From Squalus acanthias (lineage: Eukaryota): 64,000 bases of DNA. Positions 1 to 12,990 of the stretch are shown here, piece after piece. The notes beneath the pieces were generated by a model. That model had not been told where the DNA came from. It saw nothing but the letters and a program-made list of their open reading frames with translations, and made no database searches. Each line of letters begins with the position of its first letter. Positions within the stretch are counted from its first letter, which is position 1. Both the position numbers and the translations under genes were made by a program. Location of the stretch: positions 108,812,001 through 108,876,000 of the forward strand of contig CM059432.1 in NCBI GenBank assembly GCA_030390025.1, given 5' to 3'.

Positions 1-149
1 ACCCTGCAGTCCTGTGTGATTCTGAAGTCAACTTGGCTTCACAAATAATAAATAAGATCAGAAGCTGAGCTCCTAAATGAAACTGCTCAAGTTGTCGATG
101 AATCTGGAATCCTGGAAATTGTGTGCTTCTATTTTCAGTAATCATGGAA

Positions 150-370
150 TGCTGCAGCATGTAAACTGGCCATTTGTCCCATCAAGTCTATGCTGGTGTT
201 TCTCTTCATATGAGCCACTCTCCTGCTTGTTCCCCATACCCCTTAATATTCATTTTTTTATTTAATGTCCTTTTAAAAGAATTTACGGACTCTGCTTCAG
301 CAATGGTTTGTGGCAGAGTTCCCCATTCTAACCACACTCTGTGTAAAGACATTTTTCTTTCAATCTAGAA
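150..370 (-). mobile_element. Old CR1 LINE 3' end fragment
   Basis: Resembles the reverse-strand CR1 3' ends elsewhere in the window (ggccattt..cccatcaagtct; tgtggcagagttcccc..accacactctgtgtaaag). Heavily diverged. Confidence 0.55.
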
Positions 371-844
371 TGAGTCCGAACTTTGCTTTTAATAAATATC
401 ATCCCATCAGAAGCATATTGAATATTGAATGGTTACCCCACCAAACTGTGTAAATCATTGGACACTCATAGAGGGGGGGAAATCCAATTTCTTTTCACCC
501 AATTTTTAGGTGTGAAATGAATGATGGGGATCTCATGCACCCGATCAGCCCTGCAAGTGCACCAGCCACCATATTGGAAGCAGGTGCCTTTTATGTGTCC
601 AGGATGCCCACCTGAAACAGGCATTAAGCACCTTTCAAATGCAAATCAGGGTCCTAATACCAATTGTAGGACCCTGATGCAAAATTCAGGTACAAATGAG
701 TGGAGATTGCTCCTTCAAGCTCCACCTTGTTGTACCAGGTCTTGAGCGGACTAACCAGTGCTCCTTAAAGGGACCGCTGGAGACCATTCAAGTATTGGCC
801 ACAAAACATTTTAATAGTTACATTACAGGCCATTGCTGGCCTGG

Positions 845-2460
845 GTCCTGCCCCTCCCTTCCTCTCCCTTCCCCCACCCCCACCTGCGGGCCGGGCCCGG
901 GCACTGCCCCTCTCTTTCCCCCTCCCCCACCTGCGGGCCGCCCCATACACTGCCCTTCAATTCCCCCCCTCCCCCACCCCCACCTGCGGACTGACCCATA
1001 TTCTGCCCCTCCCCCCCTCCCCCACCCCCACCTGCGGGCCGCCCCATACTCTGCCCCCCCCCCTCCACCAGCCCTCCCCCCCCCCGCGGGCCGCCCCATA
1101 CTCTACCCTTCCCTTCCCCCCCTCCCCCACCCCCACCTGTGGGCCGCCCCATACTCTGCCCTTCCCCCCCTCCCCCACCCCCACCTGCGGGCTGCCCCAT
1201 ACTCTGACCTTCCCTTCCCCCCTCCCCCACCCCCACCTGCGGGCCGGGCCCGGGCACTGCCCCTCCCTTCCCCCCTCCCCCACCCCCACCTGCGGGCCGC
1301 CCCATACTCTGCCCTTCCGTTCCCCCCTCCCCCACCCCCACCTGCGGGCCGGGCCCGGGCACTGCCCCTCCCTTCCCCCCCTCCCCCACCTGTGGGCCGC
1401 CCCATACTCTGCCCCTCCCTTCCCCTCCCCCTGTGGGCTGCCCCATATTCTGCCCCTCCCCCCCTCCCCTACCCCCACCTGCGGGCTGCCCCATACTCTG
1501 CCCCTCCCTTCCCCTCCCCCTGTGGGCTGCCCCATATTCTGCCCCTCCCCCCTCCCCCACCCCCACCTGCGGGCTGCCCCATACTCTGCCCTTAACTTCC
1601 CCCTCCCCCACCCCCACCTGCAGGCTGCCCCATACTCTGCCCCTCCCTTCCCCCCCTCCCCCACTCCCACCTGCGGGCTGCCCCATACTCTGCCCTTCCC
1701 TTCCCCATCCCCTGTGGGCTGCCCCATATTCTGCCCCTCCCCCCCTCCCCCACCCCCACCTGCGGGCTGCCCCATACTCTGCCCTTCCCTTCCCCCTCCC
1801 CCACCCCCACCTGCGGGCTGCCCCATACTCTGCCCCTCCCTTCCCCCCCTCCCCCACTCCCACCTGTGGGCCGCCCCATACTCTGCCCCTCCCTTCCCCC
1901 CTCTCCCACCCCCACCTGCGGGCCGCCCCATACTCTGCCCTTCCCTTCCCCCCTCTCCCACCCCCACCTGCGGGCTGCCCCATACTCTGCCCTTCCCTTC
2001 CCCCTCCCCCACCCCCACCCTGCGGGCTGCCCCATACTCTGCCCCTCCCTTCCCCCTCCCCCACCCCCACCTGCGGGCTGCCCCATACTCTGCCCCTCCC
2101 TTCCCCCTCCCCCACCCCCACCTGCGGGCTGCCCCATACTCTGCCCCTCCCTTCCCCCCCTCCCCCACTCCCACCTGCGGGCCGCCCCATACTCTGCCCC
2201 TCCCTTCCCCCCTCCACCACCCCTCCCCCCCTCCCCCCACGGGCCGCCCCATACTCTGCCCTTCCCTTCCCCCCACCACCACCTGTGGGCCAGCCCGGGC
2301 ACTGCCCTTTCCTTCCCCCCCTCCCCCACCCCCACCTGTGGGCCAGCCCGGGCACTGCCCTTCCCTTCCTTCTAGCCTCTCCACCCCCCCCCCCGCCCCA
2401 CCCAAACCTGCACTCTTGCCCAGACTCTGCCCTTCCCTTACCCCCCCCCCCCACCCCACA
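845..2460. repeat. C-rich minisatellite, ~44-52 bp unit (ccccacctgcgggctgccccatactctgcccctcccttccccctcc)
   Basis: Tandem repetition seen directly, e.g. period 51 between 2071 and 2122. It produces the stop-free Pro/Gly-rich pseudo-ORFs in the track. Confidence 0.97.
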
Positions 2461-4485
2461 TGCGGGCCGACTCGGCCAATTGGTGCCCGCAGGTCACTTT
2501 GTCTATGTCTGTGTATACATGGATCAGCCACTGGCCTGGAAGTTCCTCTCACTGGGAGGCCGCACGTAATCTGTTGACCTTCAAGTTGTCAACTTAGAAT
2601 TGTGAGAAGCCAGGAATTCTCTCAAACCTAAAATCAAATAATGACAGTGCTGCCCGAAACTCTGGGGCATGGCAATGCCATTCACTGGCACCCAAACTCT
2701 AAAGTGATATCAAAAACAATGGCAGGGCACGTCACTGGCCTCTTAGCACCCAAATGCCTAGCAGCAGACTGCTCTCACGTTGGAACGACAGGGTCCCCGT
2801 CTGTGGGAAGTTTTAATAAGTACAGCACACAAAGTCTTGACATCTTGACTTGACATCTTGTCAGTTTCCATTTGAGAGACAGGCAGAGAATCAGACTGCA
2901 ACTCCCTAGGCCAAAAGCCAGGCATGGCACAGGTAGAACATGAAAGGATGCAGAGTGAACACTCTGTGCATCAGTCAGTTCAACAGACAAGAGTCATAGT
3001 GGGACTTTTCTGTTCATATCCTTTACTTGGCTGCTCGGACAGGAAGCTTGATTTAGTGGAGAAAGTAGATTAGTTGCAAGATAGTGCAGTTGTGAATACA
3101 GCATAGGTGATGGCATCAATTGTTTGTGTTGTGTACGTTTAGTAATGTACCATGTGCTTCTATCCTAGCGCTATCTGACTTTAAACTACACTCCAGCTTG
3201 GCACTCGCTGTATGCTGCTACCTGCAAGGTTGCCATTGGCTGATACATAAGAGATAATTTAATACTCATGGTTGGCTACAGCCAGCAATGTAAATTAGAA
3301 ATTCGGGCAAGCAGTGCCTAAAATTATGATTTGTGTAGCCGGGGAAGGGAGGTGAGGTTCCCTGCCAGCACCACAGACTTATAAAAATCACCCCAGTGGA
3401 TTAAATTCATTGAGAAGGTACTGAGCAAGTGGACAAGTTTGAAGTACCTTGGATTATAAAATACCAAGTGTAATCTCTTTAAGGAGATATCAGTTGTAGT
3501 TCCTTAAAGATTACCTGAAAGTCCAATGGATGCAAATTAAGAGTGGAGATATGAATGAATTGCTCTTATAAAATAGCCATCTTGAATACAGTATTCTCCC
3601 CAGAATTGTCTCAAAGTGTGTGCTGTTCACTAAAAATGTAAGTTCCACAACGGTGACAATGGACGAAACTTTCAACCTTGTCGGGAGTGTAAAACAGTTG
3701 GTAGTTGATCGTCCACCTGTTATACGCCTCGCCCGATTTTCCTGTTTTAGGACCCGCTGAAGGTTCGCCCAATGGGTACTGTGTAGTTCATTATTATACA
3801 TTTTCAAACAGCAAAAAGCTTCAAAAGGAGAGAGTATATCTGGGCACATTACAGGAGGAAGTCTAGTACAGGAGTGTGCAGCCTCTGACTGTTGGGCTAC
3901 ATGCAGCTGTGAGTTTGGCAATCCAGTCATCAATGACCAGGCAACTCAGTCCTATAACACTTAGATTTCTTATGTTTTAGTTCATTGAAAAGACTTTGAT
4001 GAATTGGACATTGACATGCTCAAAATTAGTGGGGGGTGGGGGGTGGGGGAGGGAACAAGGTGACATAGTCCCCTGCTTAGATCTTAACAGCGAATTTCTT
4101 CCAAAACTCTGAGGAGTTACAGTCATAACATTGACATTGCAAGCAATTCTGAAAGAGAACATTCATATGCTTGTACTTTTTTCTTTACAATTCAAAAAGG
4201 CCTTATTTGACACATGATAAGAGTACTTGCAGTATAACATAAAGGGACAAACAGGAGGAATGTTCAAACCAAATGGTACAAAAGCCACATCTTCCCCAAG
4301 AAAATCTGTGCTGCAAAAGTGTAATTCTGAATTGTAGCATTTAATAAAACACACGTTTGAGCTAAACAATCATTACCCGGATATCTGGAATAGCACTTCA
4401 CAGACAAACATTACAAGGCTAAATAATCACTCTGAATAAGTAAAACCCAATGCAGGTAGCAGACCAGAGCATTAGCACCTCCCAG

Positions 4486-4663
4486 GAGGGTAATTTTGAT
4501 TTTGGGCAATAGTGTAAAACGGGCGATTTTGGATCAGGCGGCCATTGTACATCTCTTCCAATTTTCCTTGTCATTGACATTATTAAAATTGGGAGAGATT
4601 GCATAAAGGGCAGCTGATCCGATATCCCCCTTTTACACTATCGACTAAAGCCATAATTACCCC
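4486..4663. mobile_element. Short palindromic MITE-like element
   Basis: Self-complementary arms (gggtaattttg..atagtgtaaaa / ttttacactat..aattacccc). A related copy lies at 32135-32318. Confidence 0.65.
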
Positions 4664-4940
4664 AGAGGTGTTTTTATAAGTTGAAGTTTGGACTTTAAAG
4701 TTAAGCCTTTTATTAAAGTTAAAAATAAAGAAAATATAGCACCTTTCACCACCTCAAGATGTCCCAAAGTGCTTCACAGCCAAATAATTACTTTTGAAAT
4801 ATAGTCACTGTTGTAACGTAAATTCTATGTAATTCTATAAGGGTGCATACATGAGGGAGAAGGGAATAGAGGAATACAGGAGGGCAAGGTGGGAGGAGGT
4901 ATTTAGAATGGATAGAGGCTACTGTGAAGTATAAACAATG

Positions 4941-6573
4941 TGTAAGGGGTTTCGAACGGTGCTGGTGCGAGGTTAGGCCTTCGTTGCCTATACTATTGCT
5001 TGCTCTGGTCTCCGGCCAGCCTTTTTGCAATAAGCACCTGTGAGTGGTTCGACCCACTCGCCCTTACGGTTCTGACACCTGGACTTAGATGCAAGGAGCA
5101 GTAATGCAGAGAAAAACTCAAATAGACCCGGTTGAATAGCACAAAATGAAAATCTTTATTGCATGGCGTCTAAAATCATGAAATACATGTCATAGGTGCA
5201 AATCAAAGAGAGTACAAGTATACACACATTCATAAAGCTTGGTCTATGGAAATGGAGAACACACGGCACATCGTAAAAAGGGGAACACATTATACCTTAA
5301 CCTTATTAAAAACCACCCTCCCTTAACAATACCTAAACTACGTCTGGATTTGTAGGATCGGAAATCATGCTCACCACTCGTTTTACTTCGGAGATTTTAA
5401 AGTGAGGCACTCAGCTCGTTTCGCTGCAGCGCCTGACTGTCATGTGTTTGGAAGGGTTTCTGCACCCCACTTGTTTACTTTTGCTGCTGCGACAAGCAGG
5501 CCAGACTCTCTGTGGTCATGAAGCAGTCGATGGACTCAAACCGTCTTAGAATTCAAAGAAGGGTCTTCCTGTGTTGCGGCACATGTAGAAGTCGGTAGAA
5601 CTCAAAGGAAAGTTCTTTTAGTTGTATTTTCGGGCGCGGTCGGGGTTTACTGACCGTGGCGGCACGTGGAATTTCTTCTCATCTTCTTCTCTTCTCGTCT
5701 TCTCGGGCCTCCGGGTCCAGACACCGTTTACCGACACTCGGGATGGTGTACCCTGTTACTTGCCCTTGTCGAGGCGGCTCGTTCCGATTGAGCTCCACTC
5801 AACACTCGAATAACCGACCAGTACGGCTAAGAGTCAAGAGTCAACCAAGTCCAGAGAGAAAAACAAAAGCCCAAAAGTCAAGCCAGTTCAGGAAGAGCTT
5901 CAGCAAGGGTCACCAGAGAGATAAGAGACCGATGGACCTTTGTTCTCTATAGTTATAGTGATGTGTCCGCTTTATCTCCCGCTCAAATCTTAATGTTTTT
6001 CCTTTGTGTAATATTGGCGCTTAAAACTCCCAGCATGGGGCGATTATCTTCTTAACGGGTTTCGGTAGCACCTGAAACTGGCCAACTATCCGTTAATGTT
6101 TTCCCCATTGTAGAGCCAGCCAGGATGTGTATGAATCGTCTCCTCGACTGGTTTTGGGGCCCCCCGAATACTTGCTTAATCACCCGCCAATGTCTCTCTC
6201 ATTGTTGAGCCAGGGGGGTATTTGTGTATTGATGTGTCTGGATGGGCCTTCGATTGCCCAGTTCAATGATCCTTATTGTGCATAGGAAAACGATTCCAGC
6301 ACTTATATCATTGCTATTGTTCACAATGCAAACGGGTTGCATCCTGTCTTTATCAATGTTTACCGAGTATGATCCAATCTCATACTGAATGTATATTCGA
6401 CGCCATCTTGTCTGCCCACTGTGTTTCTGGAAGCTTCTGCCACAATGCGTGGTGGCCATTTTACAGACTTCTGTGTCCTTCATGATCAGGACAGCATTTC
6501 GTTTAATAAAACTGATCAATTGAATCTGCTTCTCTCATGTTATTTTGAATCGTGATAATTGCGAAACTCTACA
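4941..6573 (-). mobile_element. Solo LTR (1633 bp) of an ERV or Gypsy-type element
   Basis: TG...CA termini with imperfect inverted ends (TGTAAGGGGTTTCG / CGAAACTCTACA). 4-bp TSD AATG at 4937-4940 and 6574-6577. It splits a CR1 3' tail that rejoins across the site. AATAAA on the minus strand at 5155-5160 suggests orientation. Confidence 0.8.
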
Positions 6574-6639
6574 AATGGCATGAAGCAGTTGGGCCAAATG
6601 GCGTATTGCTGTGCTCTAGATTCTATGTAATGTAATTCT

Positions 6640-6965
6640 ATGTAGGGAAACATGGCAATAAATTTGCACACAGCAATGTCCCGCAAACAACAATGAGATA
6701 AATGGCCAGATGATCTGTGTTAGTGATGTTGGTTGAGGGATAAATATACGTTGTTGCACCAGGACAAATTGTACATCCACCTGAGTGGGCAGACGAGGTC
6801 TAGGTTTAACGTATCATCCGATAGACGACACCTCCGACAGTGCAGCGCTCCCTCAGTATTGCACTGGAGTGTCAGCCTAGATTATGTGGTCAAGTCTCTG
6901 GAGTGGGGCTTGAACCCACGACCTTTTGACACAAAGGCGAGAGTGCTACCACTGAGCCACGCCTG
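6640..6965 (-). mobile_element. tRNA-derived Deu-domain SINE (SacSINE1/AmnSINE-like)
   Basis: Reverse complement matches the copy at 30655-31098: A/B boxes and the gtgcagtactgagggagtgctgcactgtcggaggtg core. Confidence 0.85.
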
Positions 6966-8039
6966 AGATCTGATTGTTATGGTTGTTAATGTATCGTTGG
7001 GTTTGTAATGTGTTACCTTTAATTTACATTTTTTAATGCTATTTTCCTGGTCCTGCCCCTGGAGCTATTGAACTGCTTGAACATAGTGAATATGGGAAAA
7101 TCAGATGCACAGGAGCATACATCCCTAACAAAGCCAGCCCAATTTTTCATCCATTTAAATTAGTGGACAGATAATCAGGCAGCCTCCTCTCGGGCCTTGT
7201 GCTTCTCTCTCCCAAATATCCTACATTCGATGCCCCTGGCAATCCATTGGCCACTGGTTCAGGAAGAGCACAATCTGCCCTTCATAATAAAGTATCTTGC
7301 TAACCTCTTATCATTTGGCTGTGACATAAATCACCAGGAAAAGTAACAATTAAACAATTGCACGGGTCACCATCATGGTGATAATAGCACTTGGCTTTTA
7401 CCTGCCAGTGCCGAGGAAAGGTTTGGTGCAGACAAGACCCCTTTTGGTCATGCCGTACATTGCTGTAACTGTAAAAGTCCCACTCATTCCTTTATAAGCT
7501 GCATTAATGCAGCAAACACAGTGGGAACACCATGTCAGGGATGGTCTGTGAGACAGGGATAATATGACATTCTCAAATTGTGTTATTTGATAATGCAAAA
7601 AGAGCAAAAGTTGTTATAAGCTAACTATATTAAAGTTCACTTAAAGGCCTACTCTATATCTTGCCTTTTAAAGTGAATGTATTACCTTTGCAGAGAAGTG
7701 ACAACACAAAGATTCTTTGGTGTAATTTGACTGATTTGTTTTGACAGTAGTCAAATTATTTGAAGTGAGAGGTGGAAACGCGGATGAAGTTTGGTGTGAA
7801 CCACTTCTGATAGACGAGAGCACTGATTTATATTAAATTTCCTTTCGATATTGAATGCAGTCTATACTTTAAACAAAGTCGCTTCACTATCTGTTAAGTT
7901 ATTTCTTTTAGCACTTTGCTTATTTTGATTTATGTTACTTCATTCAAATTATTGGGACAATCATTTTTTTAAATGCAAAAAAGTGACTTCAGCAGAGGTA
8001 GAGCCAGGTAGATCCCTTTTCTCACTGCTGAAATGCTCT

Positions 8040-10049
8040 TGGCTGACAAACTCTGGGTTTTGGAGCCCGTGTGGGCCCCTCCAAAGACTACGCCACCTGC
8101 ACCTATGCACCCATTGGGACAGGAGGCAATATGTTGGGTAGTGGCTGGGGTGGGGGGTGGCAATGGGTAAGAAGTGGAAGCGGTTTGAGTGGAGTCCCCA
8201 CTTCCATGTCCCCTTTCACCATCATCCCTCTCATGAGCCAGATGCACTTCACTCCTACCACTGTGCTGGAGAGCAGCTTGGTGCAGATCAGTGTGGTACA
8301 GTAAGGCCATGGCTATGGTATCTGTCATCCTATTTAAGGCGCCAAACATGTTGGCATCCACAGTGTGCATGGCCGTGGTCAAGGCATACATGGACTCATT
8401 TGATTACCGTGATTGATGTTCCATGGAGCTGGTCACTCTATCCATGCAAGAAGACCTCGTCGCAATGCCCTGCAACATCAACCTATTCATGCTTGAGGCG
8501 GACTCCTCCATTCTCTTTGCAATCGTGGGCAGTGTGCTTGGAAGGCCTGTCAGTACATCACACTTTCTCTGGTGCTCCTCAATGATTATCGTCGGCCCCT
8601 AGGGTACAGCATCTTTGTCCAGCTGAGCAGAGCTTGGAGATCCAACGCAGACTCTCCACAGCTGTCCCTGCCACCACTGTCTGCTCTTGCTTCCTACATT
8701 ACAATTGTGACTACACTTCAAAAGTACTTCATTGGCTGTAAAGCACTTCGGGACAGCCTGAGGTCGTGAAAGGCACTATCTAAATGCAAGTCTTTCTTCT
8801 TTCTTGGGAAATGTGAGTCACCAGGTCCCATCGAAGTGCGAGTATCTGAGCTGGTGCATGGTAAGCATGAGACCTGTAATAGTGCAGCCTCAGAAGGAAT
8901 CAGCTCCTCTGAGGATTCGTCATCCGCGAGGTTCATGGACTCCTGCTGCATGCATGAAGTCTTGTCGGAGAGAAAAGATATGAATTAGTACTGGTAACGT
9001 AAGGATGTTGCAACATATTATAAAGATGATCATATTTCACTCGCTGCTGAAAGCAAGTCAACATGACTGAGTGTTGTATGACATGTGTGTGCATTATAGT
9101 TAATTCTGTCACCAGGTAGCTGGGAGGTCCCCATCTCCGATGGCCAAGAACACTGAGACACCACTGATTGCCAACTCTTCCTCCTTGTCAGTTGTTAGAT
9201 CTGTGGAGGCCCACATCCGGTTCTCTCCATCTCCCTTGTGTTTCGCACTCTCTTCTCCTGCAATGGGGGAAAGATCAGATCTATGAATGAGTTTAATGGC
9301 ATGTGTTCACCTGATGGATGGCGTGCATTTGGTGAGGGTGACTATGAGGAAGAGGCATGAAATTGCATAAGGATGAAGGTGATTGGCAATGGTTGATGGA
9401 TTGAAGGGAATGTGAAGAACTGCATAGAAAGAGAATAATGGGTGCTCTTGCAAGGTAAGAGGGTGTGAGGAGTGATGTGATAGAATAGGTTTGACAAGGC
9501 AAAGTGAGGGGGCGGTAAGGTGCACAGCACGATGTAGGTGAATGTGCAATTGTACTCACCTTTCCTGATCTGGTTAGGCACTGAATCCAGGAGTGTGGCA
9601 CAACAGTCCTGCTGCTGACCTCCTGGGCCACCTCCAGCCATGCCTTCTTTTTGGCAGCAGCAGGTTTCTTCCTCGTATTGCTGGGGAAAAGTATCTCCCT
9701 GCGGCTCTTCACTGATCCCAGCAGTACCTCAAGGGAGGCATCATTAAAGCGGGGCGCAGCCTTTGATCATCCTGAATTCATTGTTAAAGTTCTTCCACAC
9801 TTGCGTCCAACTCCCAATTCCTCCAAATTCCATCTTTGGATTGGCCCTTTGAATACTGGAGTTAAGATTGCGTGATGCAAGTCCTCATCATGCCCGCTGC
9901 CACGCAATCGACACCAAGCCCAATGCAAAATCATAAGTAGGTGCCTGCGTTAAAGTGCCACAGACAGACACGCTGAACGTACTTCCGGGTTTCTCACGCG
10001 ATATCGGACCCCCCACACACAACGTGCCTCAGAGTTCATATCGGGGCAA
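8040..10049 (-). mobile_element. Decayed Harbinger element carrying a Myb/SANT-like gene remnant
   Basis: Exon-1-like peptide RREILFPSNTRKKPAAAKKKAWLEVAQEVSSRTVVPHSWIQC..TRSGK ends at a GTGAGT donor (~9553). Exon-2-like EKRVRNTREMERTGCGPPQI* follows a TTGCAG acceptor (~9260). Layout parallels 19843-20471. Confidence 0.7.
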
Positions 10050-10544
10050 CAGTTACAGGAAGAGAGAAACATTTATCATTATTGTCCATGAGTACTGCCC
10101 TGGAAGGTCAGCTAGTATATTTTAAGATTAGATGATTAAACAGACTAGTTTGGACTCAGTTGTCAACTCAGTAGCACTCTCATCTCTGAGTCAAAAAGTT
10201 GTGTGTTCAAGCCCCACACAAGCCACTTGAGCACATAATCTACGCAGACACTTTAGTGCAGTACTGAGGGAGTGGTGCATTATCAGAGGTGCCATCTTTC
10301 AAATGACATGTTAAACCAAGGCCCGTCTGCCTGTCTAGAGGGATGTGAAAAATCCCATGGCACTGTTTGAAAAGGAGCAGAGTCCTGGCTAGCATTCCTC
10401 AAGCAACCAACACCACCCAAACAGAAAGCGGTAATTTCCTGTTGCTATACAGCCCAAAATTTGGCTGGATTGTGGAGGACAATCCAGGCTCATAGCTTAT
10501 ATTTTAATATTTAAGTAATTTTCACATAATTATTTTAACTCATT

Positions 10545-12244
10545 GGCCTAAAAATTCGATGGTTTAGCTCTGGCCATTAAGGCCCGATTTGTAGAAAAAA
10601 ATGGCAGCCAACACGTTTCTATCTGCTCCTGGTGCAGGACATGGCGGCCACCATTTTGCTAAGGGCCATAGCACTCCCGTTGACAGGGCTGGTCTCTCAA
10701 ATGTAAATTAGCAGATCATGACGTCAGTCGCCGTGCAACGCCTGACTTGACACCGCGACAGCTAATTTGGACTCCTCCTTTACACTGTCCTAACCATGCA
10801 CAGAAAAGTGTGCATGAAGTAGCCCTGCAGAGATGCTGTCAACGCTTCTTAAAGGGACACACATATCTTTCAAGTAAGTTTGGATTTAAGCTTTTGAACT
10901 GTTTTTTTTATATTTTATTGAAGTAGTGGCTTGGTGCAATAGATATTAAAAGTTTTTTAAAGTGAGCAGCTGCTGGGCGTTTGCAAGGCTTCGGATGGTA
11001 AAAGAAGGCCTATGAGAAGGCAGAGAATGTTGGAAATACGCAGCAGGTCAGGCAGCATCCGTGGAGAGAGAAACAGAGTTAACGTCTCAGGTCGAGATGC
11101 TGCCTGACCTGCTGAGTACTTCCAACATTTTCTGCTTTTATTTCAAATTTCCAGCATTTGCTCGCAGAGGGAAGAGGAAGATGCAGAAGAGGAGGAAGCG
11201 GAAGGAAGGATGCAACTCCGACATCCCCTTTCTGGCTGGGATATCCGGGATGGGATCATCCGCCTGTGACCACAACCCCAATTCCCCTTTCAACATTTGT
11301 CCCACACCTTGTCTTCCTTCTGTTACTGACTATCATAGCCACATTGCTGAAATAAAAGCCACCACAAAGCAAACTTTCCAATCAAACTTTATCCATATAT
11401 GCATCCAATATGACATCAAGACATCCTCTAATCACCCTTGTGCAGCCCCTTCGTGACTGTCTTGTGTGTGCCTTTGCCTATACTAGTGATGTCACGCAGT
11501 GCTACCCCAGTGGCTGCAGCATGGCTGGTGGAAGGCTGCTGACTTTCAGTGGGGGACACTGCAAATGGCCTTGCAGGACGACCTCGAGGTGCTGGATGCT
11601 GGGAGTGTCAAATCGAGTGATGGTGTTTCTTCTTCTTCTTCTTCTTCACTCTCCTCTCCCTCTTCTTGGTCACCCACTGGCTGGGCAGGCTGGATTTCTT
11701 GGGTGTGTGAAATAAGGAAGGCACAAGGGTAGAGTTGTGGTGAGGGGAGGGCGGGAAAGCAAGAGCTGCATGCTTACACTGGCTTGTTGAGCCATTTGCG
11801 TTAGTGCTGAAGCACTTTACCATTTTTTTACGTGCGGAAGGCAGTTCAGCTTTAAGAGCTGAAGTCTGCTATTTCGGAATTATTTTTAATGTTTATTTTT
11901 TTTCAGAAGGCAGTTGAGCTCTAAAGGCTAAAGACTGCCTATTTTTAAATGATTTTTTGTTTCATTGTAGAAGGCAGTTCCTCTTTAAGGGATCGACACT
12001 GCTTTCTATAATGACAGGCTAGCTTTAAGAGAACGATGGCTCGCTCTACGGATGCTGCAGCCACGCTACATTGGGCCTCCTGCTGAGACTACCGCCCGAA
12101 ACAGCGCGTTACATGGTAGGTTTAGTGCTGAACTAATTTAAATTACCAAAATACCGGTGCTGCCTGCATTCTTTTTGCGTGAAGCATTTAACTTCAACCC
12201 GTGGCGGCACCGGCCATTTCCTGGCCTCATCAAATTTCTAGGCC
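10545..12244. mobile_element. Internally deleted Harbinger-like element
   Basis: Terminal inverted repeats (TIRs) GGCCTAAAAATTCGATG / CATCAAATTTCTAGGCC (15/17). Internal 11500-11590 is homologous to the Myb-gene 3' end at 18800-18890. Acidic-tract remnant at ~11170. Confidence 0.75.
11020..11135. repeat. Hairpin built from Penelope-element terminal sequence
   Basis: 40-bp arms (11020-11059 / 11096-11135, 37/40 complementary) match 39727-39765. The loop holds half of the hammerhead motif. Confidence 0.85.
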
Positions 12245-12990
12245 ATGTTTCTTTGTGGGACTTGGCATTGGCTGTTGCAATTGCCTACATGTGACTGCAC
12301 TAGAAAAGTAATGCCTTGGTTGGGAGTGCTTTAGGACATTCTGAGGATATGATAAGGTACTGTGTCATATCCTCAGTTCTTTCTTTCTATCACAGAACTG
12401 GGGAATGGAAAGAATGATCCTTACTCCATAAAGCCAAAATCTCCCCAAATTGTTGTGATAGATAATTGCTTTACGTAGTACCCTATGATGTTGTGCTTGT
12501 GAATAAATGACAACTTATTACTATATTTTAATTATCTCATAGACTATATTATCCCAGATAACACATTGCTTTATTCTTTTTTAGCAGACCAGCACTGCTT
12601 CAATTGTTTTTGATGTGGAAGGGGCATATTGGGTTTGCTCCAAATATAATTTGTAGCATCCTTTGGGAATCTTGTAGATGGTTCAATATAAAATTATTGT
12701 TTCTTCTACGTGGCTCAGTGTTTCAAAATGTGGCAGGTGTTCATCCCTTAAGTAATAACCTCTGTGTTTAAAACTGTTTTCACCGTGCACATAAAGAAGA
12801 TTGTGCTGAAAATGTGCATCTCGGAAATAGTGGATCCCCCAGTACAGAGTAATAGAGCTTCCGATCATTCTCCATTGAATAGGTGTAAATCTATAAATAT
12901 CTGCAAGAGTGAGAATTAGTAACACTAACCCACTACCTTTACCAATCTTCGGACTAGACGGAAAGTAACAAAGTGACTGAACTCACACTT

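Larger units (their letters stand above)
10151..12390 (+). mobile_element. Deu-domain SINE split by a transposon insertion (5' part ~10151-10445, 3' part ~12245-12390)
   Basis: Head and core precede the 10545-12244 element; the SINE tail (gctttaggacattctgagg..) follows it. Confidence 0.65.

Noticed and set aside
696..2577. Long Pro/Gly-rich ORFs (up to 543 aa)
   Set aside because: Open in several frames on both strands because the minisatellite lacks stop codons; not a collagen or extensin gene.
3511..3933. 140-aa ORF ending at a splice-donor-like site
   Set aside because: Runs through a small inverted-repeat element (~3660-3770) and has no recognisable protein features.
12880..12900. DIYRFTP resemblance to the PM20D1 C-terminus
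   Set aside because: Only a few residues match and the downstream sequence does not follow that family.
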